Part shown: one piece after another, positions 9,366 to 18,698 of the stretch
Numbering within the stretch: the stretch's first letter is position 1
Layout of the letters: each line of letters begins with the position of its first letter
Source: Candidatus Woesearchaeota archaeon
GTDB taxonomy: Archaea > Nanobdellota > Nanobdellia > Woesearchaeales > DSVV01
Reading direction: 5' to 3'
Assembly (NCBI GenBank): GCA_018661705.1
Contig: JABJHR010000010.1
Location: 66,911 to 130,910, forward strand
DNA length: 64,000 nt
Translations under genes and position numbers: made by a program
Notes under the pieces: generated by a model
Told to the model about the DNA's origin: nothing
Seen by the model: only the letters and a program-made list of their open reading frames with translations
The model's database searches: none

Positions 9366-10094
9366 ATGGATTCATTAATTTTAATTTTAATCATATCTGT
9401 ACTTGGACCAATTATTGGCTCATTAATTGGAGTAATTAAGAAACCATCACAAAAATTCATGTATAATATGATGGCATTTGCAGCAGGTGTGATGATGGCA
9501 ATTTCTTTTCTTGAATTAATTCCTCAAAGTATTGAGTTATCATCTGTTTGGTTATGTGCAATTGGTGTTTTAATTGGTGCATTGATTATGTATCTCTTGG
9601 ATAAATTAATTCCTCACATCCATCCTGAACTTTGCAGGCAAGAACATGGTTGTCAATTAAGAAAAACTTCAATTTATCTTCTTTTAGGAATTTTTTTACA
9701 TAATTTTCCAGAAGGTATGGCAATTGCTGTGGGTTATGTTTCAGGAATTAAAGTTAGTTTAACAATTGCATTAGGGATTGCAATTCATAATATTCCAGAA
9801 GGCATTTGTACTTCTGCTCCTTATTTTAGTTGTACTGGTAAACGACTAAAATCATTTTTGCTTTCATCTGCTACTGCAATTCCAATTTTACTTGGATTCT
9901 TCTTTGCTAAGTTTCTTTATGGAGTTATTTCAATGAATTTTATTGGTGTTGCAATTGCAGCAACAGCTGGTTTAATGATATATATCTCTGCAGATGAACT
10001 TATACCTTGTTCTTGCTGTGAAAAATCAGATCATAGTAACATATTTTCTTTAATTGCAGGTGTAATTTTTGTTGTGTTACTTGGGTTATTATAG
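9366..10094 (+). CDS. ZIP family metal transporter (ZupT-like)
   Basis: FAAGVM, LHNFPEG, IHNIPEG and AGLMIYISADELIP motifs. Confidence 0.93.
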   Translation: MDSLILILIISVLGPIIGSLIGVIKKPSQKFMYNMMAFAAGVMMAISFLELIPQSIELSSVWLCAIGVLIGALIMYLLDKLIPHIHPELCRQEHGCQLRKTSIYLLLGIFLHNFPEGMAIAVGYVSGIKVSLTIALGIAIHNIPEGICTSAPYFSCTGKRLKSFLLSSATAIPILLGFFFAKFLYGVISMNFIGVAIAATAGLMIYISADELIPCSCCEKSDHSNIFSLIAGVIFVVLLGLL

Positions 10095-10102
10095 TTCTTT
10101 TC

Positions 10103-10116
10103 TTACTATTCAGTGG
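10103..10116 (+). promoter_or_regulatory. Palindromic operator YYACT-N4-AGTRG
   Basis: TTACTattcAGTGG, 15 nt upstream of TTTATAAA (10132). Confidence 0.5.
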
Positions 10117-10267
10117 TTATCTACCAAAACCTTTATAAAAACTAGTAAAATACATCTATTTGGGGAAATAAAATGTTAAACTTACTAATTCCTTAAACTC
10201 AAAATTAAAAAATACACAAAATACACACAAAGGTTTTATTACAAATAAATGTTTATAATATAATAAA

Positions 10268-11794
10268 ATGGTACGAACATTATTAGACACAGTTGAATTT
10301 GATGAGATCCCTGTATTTGGGAAACCTATTTTATCAGACCTTGTTTTAGAAAATCTTGAAGGAGCCACTAGAAGGATGACCTCTTATGGTGATGATATGG
10401 GTGATGAGGGGGATGAAAGTTTACGAAATTATGCATTTTCTCCAGATGGTCCTAGTTCAGATTCTTTTGGTTCTGATGCTGGTCTACAATCAAGAAGAAT
10501 GAGATCAAGCGGTGATGCAAGAACAGAACAAGTTGCTCCTACTTCAGACTTAGGTGGTATTGATAGTAGTCAAGGACTTCCTGGTGATGATGACGTAGTT
10601 ATGATTTCTTTGTTAAGTTCAACTGAACATGAAAGAGAAGTATTACTAGAAACTATTTCTGCGAAACCAGATGAAATTGTTACATTAGAACAGATTTTAT
10701 CAGAGTCATATAAAGACAGAATTGAGATTACTAGTATTAATGAATTCTCTGCAACAAGAAAACAAGTTAAGGAAGTACATTTTCTTAAAGGAGATGGGGA
10801 TTGGCTTAACAAAGTATGGATATTCAAAGCAGATCCAGTAGAAACAGCAAGAGAATTAATGATTTATCATTTAGCACATAAACATGGGATTCCTACTGGA
10901 AAACCAATTGGTTATAATCCTACGCCTGATCAAACTTATCCTTTTGACATTGCAATTTTAGGGGGAGTAGTTGAACATGCAGGTGATCCGTACAGAGATT
11001 TACTTAGAAATATGAGATTAAGACCAATAAGAATTTTTGACACTGCAAAACAAATTGCAAGAATCATTGCAGATTATCATGTTAAGCTAACGCTTGTAGA
11101 AGACGAATTTACAAAAGCAGGTGTTTCTTTAGAAACTTCTAGTCCTAGAAAAGAACTTGGTGAAAGATTTTTAGCAGGATTAAGAATTACAGAGGAAAAC
11201 GGAGAAGAACTATTGAAAGCTTGTGATGATTTATACAATCTTCAATCTGGTGTTAATGTTGTTTCTCATGGAGATATTCATTTAGGAAATCTTGTTACTG
11301 TGAAAAGAAAGCATGAAACAAGTATTAATCAATTTGGAGTTATTGATTGGGGATCAATTGTAAAAGATAATCCTTTTGGTGATCTATGGGATTTTTGGAT
11401 ACATCATAGAAGAGATACAATTGATGCAACTGGTAATGGTTATAGTTATACTTTTGAAAGATTTGCAGCAGCTTATTTAACTAGAATTAATGCTTTACGA
11501 ACAGAATATCGTGTTAATATTGATTTGCCTTCAGGTATTAATCCTGTAGATTCTCCAATACAATCTTCATTATGGAATTTGTATGAAATGTATGATCCTG
11601 TTAGAACAGATGCTAGAGATATTCAGAAAAAAGCATCATTCCATTGTTTGGAATTATGGCGTTCTTTAGATAAGGTTGAGAAATTTGGTGGCCAATACAG
11701 AGAAACAGTTCACACAATTAAAAAAGAACTAACAAGATTACTTGACAGCAAGAATTATTTAAAACCATATATGGTTGTTGGCGGATTGAGATGA
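10268..11794 (+). CDS. APH/choline-kinase-like phosphotransferase with disordered acidic N-terminus
   Basis: WIFK (beta-3 Lys), HGDIHLGN catalytic loop and IDWG motif. Confidence 0.75.
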   Translation: MVRTLLDTVEFDEIPVFGKPILSDLVLENLEGATRRMTSYGDDMGDEGDESLRNYAFSPDGPSSDSFGSDAGLQSRRMRSSGDARTEQVAPTSDLGGIDSSQGLPGDDDVVMISLLSSTEHEREVLLETISAKPDEIVTLEQILSESYKDRIEITSINEFSATRKQVKEVHFLKGDGDWLNKVWIFKADPVETARELMIYHLAHKHGIPTGKPIGYNPTPDQTYPFDIAILGGVVEHAGDPYRDLLRNMRLRPIRIFDTAKQIARIIADYHVKLTLVEDEFTKAGVSLETSSPRKELGERFLAGLRITEENGEELLKACDDLYNLQSGVNVVSHGDIHLGNLVTVKRKHETSINQFGVIDWGSIVKDNPFGDLWDFWIHHRRDTIDATGNGYSYTFERFAAAYLTRINALRTEYRVNIDLPSGINPVDSPIQSSLWNLYEMYDPVRTDARDIQKKASFHCLELWRSLDKVEKFGGQYRETVHTIKKELTRLLDSKNYLKPYMVVGGLR

Positions 11795-11847
11795 TACGTT
11801 TTTTAATTTTGATTTCTCTAATAAGAATTTAATAAAGAATAAAAGTC

Positions 11848-11937
11848 CTAGTGAAAAAGAGCATCCGCCGGTGTTGAAGAATATTACACTGCATGTCACA
11901 CTACAACACTAGGTCCGAAGGACATGTCACTCACTAA
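11848..11937 (+). repeat. Element AB, complete empty copy
   Basis: CTAGTGAAAAAGAGCATCCGC...ACACTAGGTCCGAAGGACATGTCACTCACTAA, between convergent genes. Confidence 0.9.
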
Positions 11938-12002
11938 GATTTTTTAGAAACCCTTATGTTTTCTTAAACACATCTTATTAAAACACAAGATTCAAACAAA
12001 TA

Positions 12003-12908
12003 TCACAAAACCAATGCAAAGTATCCACCTGCCCCATCATATGTCTTCTGTACAATATTAATTAAGTGATGATAAAACATTGCTTCTGTTCCTTTACTTT
12101 TTTCTAATGCTGTTGAATACTTTTTTACTAGACCTTTTCTTCCTAGATATAATTTCTTTTTTAGTTTTGGATCAAACTTGTAAAACATCTCATAGAATGC
12201 TAAGTAATAATCAATTGACTCTTTGAATGCAAGTAACACTTCTTTACTGATCTTTTTATTATAACTCTCAAATGTATTACAGATATACTTAAATTCATCT
12301 GCGATTCTTTCAATGTTTTTTACTATTTCATAAATTTGCATTGTTCGTTTTGGAACTTTGTAACCTTTTTTATTAAGAATTCTTAAACAAATGTCTGTAA
12401 ATTTATTATTTAGTGATTCCATGTTACGAATTTCTTTTAGTTTTTCAAATTCTTGTTTTTCTAATGCTTCTAATACACTTCTTGCCATTTCATTTGTAAT
12501 CTGGAAAGATTTTCTTAATAAAGTATCAAATTCAGTTTCAATTGTTGTTGCAATGCTTTTAATATATACTCTGTTTTCTTTTTGATCAATTATTTCATAA
12601 CCCATGCACCCAACAATTCTTCTTTTGATTTCTTCAAGTGTGCTAGGATCTTCATATCTTATTACAATTTCATCATATCCTAATTGATAAAGATGGGATA
12701 AATTATTTTTAGTAAAAATTCCAGAATCAGAAACACTTACTTCTTTTTTTGGAGAAGCAATTTCTTTTGTTGTGGAAACCATTAAGATTGGTCCTGACAT
12801 TTCCAGTTCTAATTCATCACCTTTCTTAAGATCATACTTAGTTGCCCATTTAATAGGTAATGTTATTGTTAATGAACTGCTTCCATGTTGGACTATTCTT
12901 CGTTTCAT
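12003..12908 (-). CDS. AbrB-PhoU domain regulator (archaeal phosphate uptake regulator)
   Basis: MKRRIVQHGSSSLTITLPIKW (AbrB), LYQLGYDEI and IERIADE (PhoU). The longer ORF-track start runs into a repeat. Confidence 0.85.
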   Translation of the reverse strand: MKRRIVQHGSSSLTITLPIKWATKYDLKKGDELELEMSGPILMVSTTKEIASPKKEVSVSDSGIFTKNNLSHLYQLGYDEIVIRYEDPSTLEEIKRRIVGCMGYEIIDQKENRVYIKSIATTIETEFDTLLRKSFQITNEMARSVLEALEKQEFEKLKEIRNMESLNNKFTDICLRILNKKGYKVPKRTMQIYEIVKNIERIADEFKYICNTFESYNKKISKEVLLAFKESIDYYLAFYEMFYKFDPKLKKKLYLGRKGLVKKYSTALEKSKGTEAMFYHHLINIVQKTYDGAGGYFALVL

Positions 12909-12931
12909 TTGGATTTTACCTTTGGTCTTGT

Positions 12932-13029
12932 AGAAAACAACAAAAACGGCAGGGCTCACGGACTTTTGCAAGCAAAAATCCTATTCAGCTCTTTTCAATC
13001 GCCTCATCAGCCCGCAATTGTTGTTTTCT
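12932..13029 (-). repeat. Element C (three-way-junction core within AACAACAA/TTGTTGTT arms)
   Basis: Minus strand reads GGGCTGAT-GA-GGC..GCT-GAATA-GGAT..GTCC-GTGAGCCC. Confidence 0.8.
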
Positions 13030-13210
13030 TGTTTATTAGTGAACTTGTTTAGTATTTAAACTTTTCTAAAAATACCACATTTATCAAAAAAATACACAAT
13101 TGTGTACTGGTGTGGTGATTACACTGGTAAAGTATATACTTCTTGAGTGTCTACTAATGTGTAGGATGAACAATGAAACATTGTTTGCCTAAAATAATAC
13201 ATTTTTAAGA

Positions 13211-14188
13211 ATGGAGGGAAGAAAAATGGAAAAAGTAAAACAGAGATTAAAGGTAGGGGAAGTAAAAGTACACAAGAATTTAGCAGTTGCACCACTTTTG
13301 GGCAAAGATAGTGGTTTAGATTATCTTGTTTTTGATGAAGCAGTTAATCAAGGTTTGAGTGTTAGAGAAACAGGAGAGGTTCCAACATTACATTTTAAAA
13401 ATGAAACAGATAAAGAAGTTTTAATTTTGCAGGGTGAATATGTTACAGGCGGAAAACAAAATAGGATGGTTGCAACTAATGTTTACATGGCAAAAGGTTT
13501 TGATGGTCCAGTTCCTGTAAACTGCGTTGAACAAAGTAGGTGGTCAGGTAATGAAAGAGGCGGCTTTACATCCGGTAATAGAAGAGCTCCAGCATCTGTT
13601 TCTTTAATGGCAAGTGTAGGCCAAGGAGAAGTTTGGGGTGAAGTAAGAAGAATGACTGAATCACTTGGAACGCATACTTCTACTGGAGACATGGGTGCTT
13701 CTTATGCGCAAAGAGAAAGTGATTTAGCAGAATATTTATCAAATTTTGAATTTCAAGAAGGTGCAGTTGGAGTAATTGCAGCAATGCAGAGAGGAAAACA
13801 CAGAGTTTATGTTGCTGATGTTTTTGATCAAACAGCAACACTCCAAAAAAACTATAAAAAATTGTTAGAAAGCTATGCAATTGAAGCACTTAGTTACAAA
13901 GCAATTGGTTCTCAAGCAAAATCTGACATGCAGGCATTTCTTAAAGTAGCAGGTGACACACCATACCATAAGAGACAACCTGTAAGTTTAGGTGATGATT
14001 TAAAGACAGCAGCAGGTGCTGTAACTGGTTTTGCTTTAGTTTATCAGGAAACACCATTGTATGTGAATCTAGCTTCCAACTTTATGCCACAAACACAAGG
14101 ACCTGGTGCTGATAATTTTGATCCAGCACAGACAATGATCTTTGAGAGACCTGTACGTACAGGAATGAGTAGGAGATTTTTCAGGTGA
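13211..14188 (+). CDS. ARPP-1/DUF6569-like protein
   Basis: LILQGEYVTGGKQNR, VPVNCVEQSRW, QGEVW and LLESYAIEAL motifs. Confidence 0.7.
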   Translation: MEGRKMEKVKQRLKVGEVKVHKNLAVAPLLGKDSGLDYLVFDEAVNQGLSVRETGEVPTLHFKNETDKEVLILQGEYVTGGKQNRMVATNVYMAKGFDGPVPVNCVEQSRWSGNERGGFTSGNRRAPASVSLMASVGQGEVWGEVRRMTESLGTHTSTGDMGASYAQRESDLAEYLSNFEFQEGAVGVIAAMQRGKHRVYVADVFDQTATLQKNYKKLLESYAIEALSYKAIGSQAKSDMQAFLKVAGDTPYHKRQPVSLGDDLKTAAGAVTGFALVYQETPLYVNLASNFMPQTQGPGADNFDPAQTMIFERPVRTGMSRRFFR

Positions 14189-14301
14189 TAAAAATAGAAA
14201 AGTCGTAAAAGGATAAAGTTTAAATATTCTTTTTCTTTTCCTTTAATTTTGTGGGGTTGGTTTTAAGTAATGTGAAAACAGTAGATACCCTATCTTTGGT
14301 G

Positions 14302-14402
14302 TTAAAAAATACAACCACAATGGCCAGGTGAGGCGAAGCTGAATAGGACTTTTTACGCAGTAAAAAGGTCCGTCTGTGCCAATATTGTTGTTGTATTTTT
14401 AA
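14302..14402 (+). repeat. Element C, free-standing
   Basis: GGCCAGGT-GA-GGCGAAGCT-GAATA-GGAC..GTCC-GTCTGTGCC inside long inverted arms. Confidence 0.88.
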
Positions 14403-14439
14403 TTATTAAAAAAGTAAAAAACAAAAAGGTAAAAACAAA

Positions 14440-15051
14440 ATGATAGAAGCAGTAGTATTTGATTTGTGGTATACACTAGCACAAAAGGAAAGAGGAACAT
14501 CATCTGTTCTTCGTGGACATTTTGATATCCCTGATAGTCCTACTTTCATGGCCGAGTATGAAACTGCAATTCAACTTCAAGAATGGGCCTCAGTTACCGA
14601 GATGGCACAGAGTTTTTTGCAAGCGTTTAAGTTAGGTGTTACTCCTGCAAATGTTTCTTTTTTTACTACTGCTATTATTGAAGGTGCACAAGGTGCAAAG
14701 CCTTATGATTGGGTTCCTGAAGTTTTGCATGGATTATCTGAGAATTATAAATTAGCTCTTCTTTCTAACACTTCTACTTATGAAGTAATTGATCCTTCAT
14801 GGGGAATTGCTGATTATTTTAATGAAGTAGTTTATTCATGGGAAGCTGAAGCTATAAAACCTTCTGCAAAAAGTTTTCAAGCTGTTTGTTCTAGATTAGG
14901 TGTTCCACCAAAAAAATGTTTATTTGTTGATGATTGTTTAGCAAACATTGAAGCTGCACGAGAATTTGGAATGAAAGCAGTACACTTTAAAGGTTTTGAT
15001 GGCGGAGATGTATTGAAAAAAGAATTAAAAAAGTATGATGTTTATTTGTAA
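14440..15051 (+). CDS. HAD-superfamily hydrolase (subfamily IA)
   Basis: VFDLWYTL, LSNT, KP and FVDD..ANI motifs. Confidence 0.9.
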   Translation: MIEAVVFDLWYTLAQKERGTSSVLRGHFDIPDSPTFMAEYETAIQLQEWASVTEMAQSFLQAFKLGVTPANVSFFTTAIIEGAQGAKPYDWVPEVLHGLSENYKLALLSNTSTYEVIDPSWGIADYFNEVVYSWEAEAIKPSAKSFQAVCSRLGVPPKKCLFVDDCLANIEAAREFGMKAVHFKGFDGGDVLKKELKKYDVYL

Positions 15052-15137
15052 AAAGAGAATTCAATCTATACAAATACATGCGATTTTTCTTTTTTCCCTT
15101 CGGAATCTTTTTAAATCCAATTCCATTCCTTTCTTTT

Positions 15138-16076
15138 ATGTCAAGACCAAATTTTGATTTTCCTGGGTTTAATGATTTAGAGGGATTTATAACACTTTTA
15201 TCTGATACTAGAGCAATCTTTAAAGAAGAACCTAATTATCAAGAGTTACCTTTAGACAGACCAATTGTTTTTGTTGGGGATACTCATGGAGATATTGAAA
15301 CAACAGAACAAATTTTTGATATGTTTTTTGGTACACATTTAATTGCTATGTTAGGGGATTATGTAACAAGAGCTCCTGTTGAACATGGTTCAATAAAGAA
15401 TATTCATTATTTATTTGAAGTAAAAAGATCTCATCCTGAAGATCTTATTTTATTAAGAGGAAACCATGAAACACCAGATCACGCTGGAATAATAGAAATT
15501 ATGCTTGATTTAAGAGAATTTGGCGTAGATGCTTGGCGTAATACATCTTCTACTCTTTATGGTACTTTTTCTGATATGCCTTATGTTGTTTCAACAGAAA
15601 ATGGATTATTGGGGTTACATGGGGGCTTGCCAGATATTAAATCTGTAAGGGGTTTAAAATTAGTTCCAAAAGGAATCGAAGGTTTTCCTAATAATGGCGA
15701 GGGACTTCCTGCTCATTATCAAACAGCATTACAAATACTTTGGAATGATCATGTTGCAACAGATGAACCATTAATTACTTTAGATGGTTCAAAAAAAGAA
15801 AAAGGAAATTCAGTTTATAATTATTCTAGGCATACTGGCAGATTATATAATCAACATCATTTCAACAACGTAATGAGTTTACTTGGAAAAAATGTTTTAG
15901 TAAGGGGTCATGATTATAATGAGAAAGGTTATGCTTTTGATGATAGGTTATTAACAATTTTTAGTGCATCAAAATTTGTAAATCATGGAAATTTAAAAGG
16001 GAAATATGTTGCTGTCATGGATGATCCTCAAAAAGAATTAAAAACTGCAAAAGAGTTAAGAATTGTACAATTATAA
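15138..16076 (+). CDS. PPP-family Ser/Thr phosphatase-like metallophosphoesterase
   Basis: GDTHG, GDYV.R, LRGNHE, HGG, RGH and TIFSA motifs. ATG at 15138 follows a TATA-like box. Confidence 0.85.
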   Translation: MSRPNFDFPGFNDLEGFITLLSDTRAIFKEEPNYQELPLDRPIVFVGDTHGDIETTEQIFDMFFGTHLIAMLGDYVTRAPVEHGSIKNIHYLFEVKRSHPEDLILLRGNHETPDHAGIIEIMLDLREFGVDAWRNTSSTLYGTFSDMPYVVSTENGLLGLHGGLPDIKSVRGLKLVPKGIEGFPNNGEGLPAHYQTALQILWNDHVATDEPLITLDGSKKEKGNSVYNYSRHTGRLYNQHHFNNVMSLLGKNVLVRGHDYNEKGYAFDDRLLTIFSASKFVNHGNLKGKYVAVMDDPQKELKTAKELRIVQL

Positions 16077-16101
16077 TTTTCAAAAATAAAATTCTTCTTC
16101 T

Positions 16102-16126
16102 TTACAAATCTATCAATCGTTTCTGT
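16102..16126 (-). repeat. Copy 3 of the mutS 3' end (QKRLIDL*)
   Basis: Minus strand A CAG AAA CGA TTG ATA GAT TTG TAA. Confidence 0.85.
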
Positions 16127-17447
16127 CTAACGCATCCTGACAATTTTCCTTCATTTGTTCTTTTCTTATTTTATTACATATGGATTTATCCTTGATTTCC
16201 ATAGCAACATTCCAATAACAGTCATCACCATCTCCCCAGTAATTCTCTTCAGCCTTATCGTCATATAAATCTTCACAAATTTCAAAGGAGGATGCTAAAT
16301 TAGTTAAAGCATTGTTTACTGCCAAACTAATAATTTTGATAATCTGTTTATCTCTGACTTCCCTCGGACAGAATTCCCTTCCATAATCCCCATGATATTT
16401 AATTATGTTTTCACAAATAGATTCATTTCCTGATACCATGGCAGTTCCCCAATAGCACCTATCAGACTCCCAATTTTCGTCTATTTCATATAATCCTTTG
16501 CAAATTTCTAGAGAATAGGATAAATTAATTGAAGCGTTTCCTATTGCTGAGTCCGTGAGTTTGTAAAACTGGCAACTACCAAACTCTTCAGAACATTCTA
16601 TTAAACTTATGGATGGTTCTTCAAAGACATCATTATAATTTTTTGTAATTGTTCTACATTCTTCATACGCAAAATCATCTATTTTAAATATCTCATTATA
16701 AAAACCAGGCATAAACGCAATTGAACAATTCTCAAATTCAAAAAAAGTGATGTTTAATTTATTATAGTTTGGAATTAAATCATTTGGCGCCGGAACTTCA
16801 GGACCTTGAATCTTTAAATATTGAAAATTCTGATTTGTACCTATTGGTCTTATATCTTTATACTTATAATTAATCTCTGTGAAGTTTAAATTATCTACTA
16901 ACCATGAAACAATGTATTCTTCAGATAATACTTTTCCAGTACTATCAGCATAGCGATATTTTTTTATTTCTGTAAAGATATACTCTTCGCTTAACAATGG
17001 TAGAAATAATGGTTCATATTCTTCTGCAAAAATAGTGTCTTGTGATATATATCTCATATTATCTGGTTGATTTAATTCTTTCATAATATCATTAACACAT
17101 GAAAATAATTCTTCCTTTGTTCCTGCAAACGATTCTAAATAAAGCGGTCTTGCATAAACTTCTCCGGTTCCTACTTCACCATAAGTATAGTCGCATCCGA
17201 TTGAATATCCTCCAAGATAATCTTTATAATCATATATACAAAATTCAAATTGATCTGTTGGAGAATGATAAGGCACTAATTTAACAATCAAAAAATACTC
17301 CCTTGAATTACAGTTAGGTATTTTTTCAATAATCTCTTCTATGTTAATGTTATTAGTTTCTTCATTATCCAGAACATGATTAGAACATCCTATTAAAAAA
17401 ACCACTAAAAAACATAATGCCAAAAGTTTTAATGTATTTGATTTCAT
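16113..17447 (-). CDS. Putative lipoprotein with Cys-rich C-terminal repeats
   Basis: Signal peptide with lipobox LIGC. Repeated S.EIC..LY.....D.CYW..A......SIC..I unit. Confidence 0.75.
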   Translation of the reverse strand: MKSNTLKLLALCFLVVFLIGCSNHVLDNEETNNINIEEIIEKIPNCNSREYFLIVKLVPYHSPTDQFEFCIYDYKDYLGGYSIGCDYTYGEVGTGEVYARPLYLESFAGTKEELFSCVNDIMKELNQPDNMRYISQDTIFAEEYEPLFLPLLSEEYIFTEIKKYRYADSTGKVLSEEYIVSWLVDNLNFTEINYKYKDIRPIGTNQNFQYLKIQGPEVPAPNDLIPNYNKLNITFFEFENCSIAFMPGFYNEIFKIDDFAYEECRTITKNYNDVFEEPSISLIECSEEFGSCQFYKLTDSAIGNASINLSYSLEICKGLYEIDENWESDRCYWGTAMVSGNESICENIIKYHGDYGREFCPREVRDKQIIKIISLAVNNALTNLASSFEICEDLYDDKAEENYWGDGDDCYWNVAMEIKDKSICNKIRKEQMKENCQDALDRND

Positions 17448-17501
17448 ATCAATATCTTTCTTTTATTTATTTATAAACTTTTTTAATAATTCACTTTGAT
17501 T

Positions 17502-17537
17502 TCATAAATCTATCAATCGTTTCTGTTTTAATTTAGT
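17502..17537 (-). repeat. Copy 2 of the mutS 3' end (TKLKQKRLIDL*)
   Basis: 33/36 nt identical to 18699-18734. All three differences are synonymous. Confidence 0.9.
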
Positions 17538-17541
17538 ATAT

Positions 17542-18600
17542 TCAACTAAGTTTTTCTTTCCAATACAATTCTCCTAATTTAATTACAGCATTTCTGAATC
17601 CCTTACCTTTTGGATTTCCAATATGTTTCATTGCATCGATATAAGCTTCACTATCGATTGGACTCTTTGTTTCTGCCATACTACTATTACCCATATTTTC
17701 ATTACAATATAAGACAAATAGTTTTGTAACTGTATCCTTGATTGATTCAGCGGGAACATAATTATCAGGATCTTGCAAAAAATCCAACGCAGTATTTAAT
17801 CCGCAAAATTGTGATTCATAATTAAATCTGTTTGGGTTAATTATGATACCTTCAACTTTATCTGTAAGAGAAGAATCTCTACCCTTATAAGGATATACTG
17901 GTGCTCTTTCTGGTTTCTTACTGTCTGATGCAAAATAATTATCAAAAAGCATCACTGGCCATCCCAAATCAGGAATATCTTCTGCAGTTAATGTTCTATA
18001 CCACATGCTTCTTCTAGGTCCGACCCAGGTTATTGCAACATCCTTAGGCAAGACATCTAAAATTGGTTCCCAATAATCCATAACACTTATCCTTGGTCCA
18101 ACATATTCCTCACCACATATTGCTCTTAACTTTCCCTCAGTTCCCTCATACATTTGTCTTATCAGCTCTGCATGTGCTTTACCATCTTTTATTATAGCAT
18201 TATGTTTTGAACTAGTGGGATTAGCAGCTTCCCAGAATCCTGGGTGAGTGTCATCCATAAAAAGATAAATAGCATCTGCACCATTTGCTAGAAAATATTT
18301 TGCATTATTGATAATTCTCCAACGATCTTTAGGATGAGAACAATATCTGGAATCACCTGGGTGCATTCCTGCCCATATTTTTACGCCTTGATCTTTGGCT
18401 AATTGTTCTAAAATCTTAAACTCTTTTTTGTGTTCTTCTGAGATTGGGCTGTTAGCTGTTCCCCAACTTAATCTTGACCACACATAAAGATTATTTCTAC
18501 TCTCACCTATTCTTTTCACAAGGTCTTTTCTATGCTCTAATTCAAATTTCCTACCTTTATCTACTATTCCTTTAAGTTTGAATGTTTTTTTGTCTGTCAT
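17542..18600 (-). CDS. GH84 (O-GlcNAcase/NAGidase)-like catalytic domain
   Basis: N.YVW, GVKIWAGMHPG, LFMDD (DD catalytic pair), WVGP and LFDNY motifs. Confidence 0.65.
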   Translation of the reverse strand: MTDKKTFKLKGIVDKGRKFELEHRKDLVKRIGESRNNLYVWSRLSWGTANSPISEEHKKEFKILEQLAKDQGVKIWAGMHPGDSRYCSHPKDRWRIINNAKYFLANGADAIYLFMDDTHPGFWEAANPTSSKHNAIIKDGKAHAELIRQMYEGTEGKLRAICGEEYVGPRISVMDYWEPILDVLPKDVAITWVGPRRSMWYRTLTAEDIPDLGWPVMLFDNYFASDSKKPERAPVYPYKGRDSSLTDKVEGIIINPNRFNYESQFCGLNTALDFLQDPDNYVPAESIKDTVTKLFVLYCNENMGNSSMAETKSPIDSEAYIDAMKHIGNPKGKGFRNAVIKLGELYWKEKLS

Positions 18601-18698
18601 TTTATTATGATTAATTCTATAAATAAAGAAATTGAATTCGATTTATATATTTTCTATTTTTATGACGAAAATATTTATAACTTGTAAACTATAATTGT

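Noticed and set aside
12950-13015. Hammerhead ribozyme (CTGATGA-stem-GAA on the minus strand)
   Set aside because: The second motif is GAATA rather than GAAA. The other five copies read CAGATGA or CAGGYGA with these bases paired in P1, so the catalytic core is not conserved.
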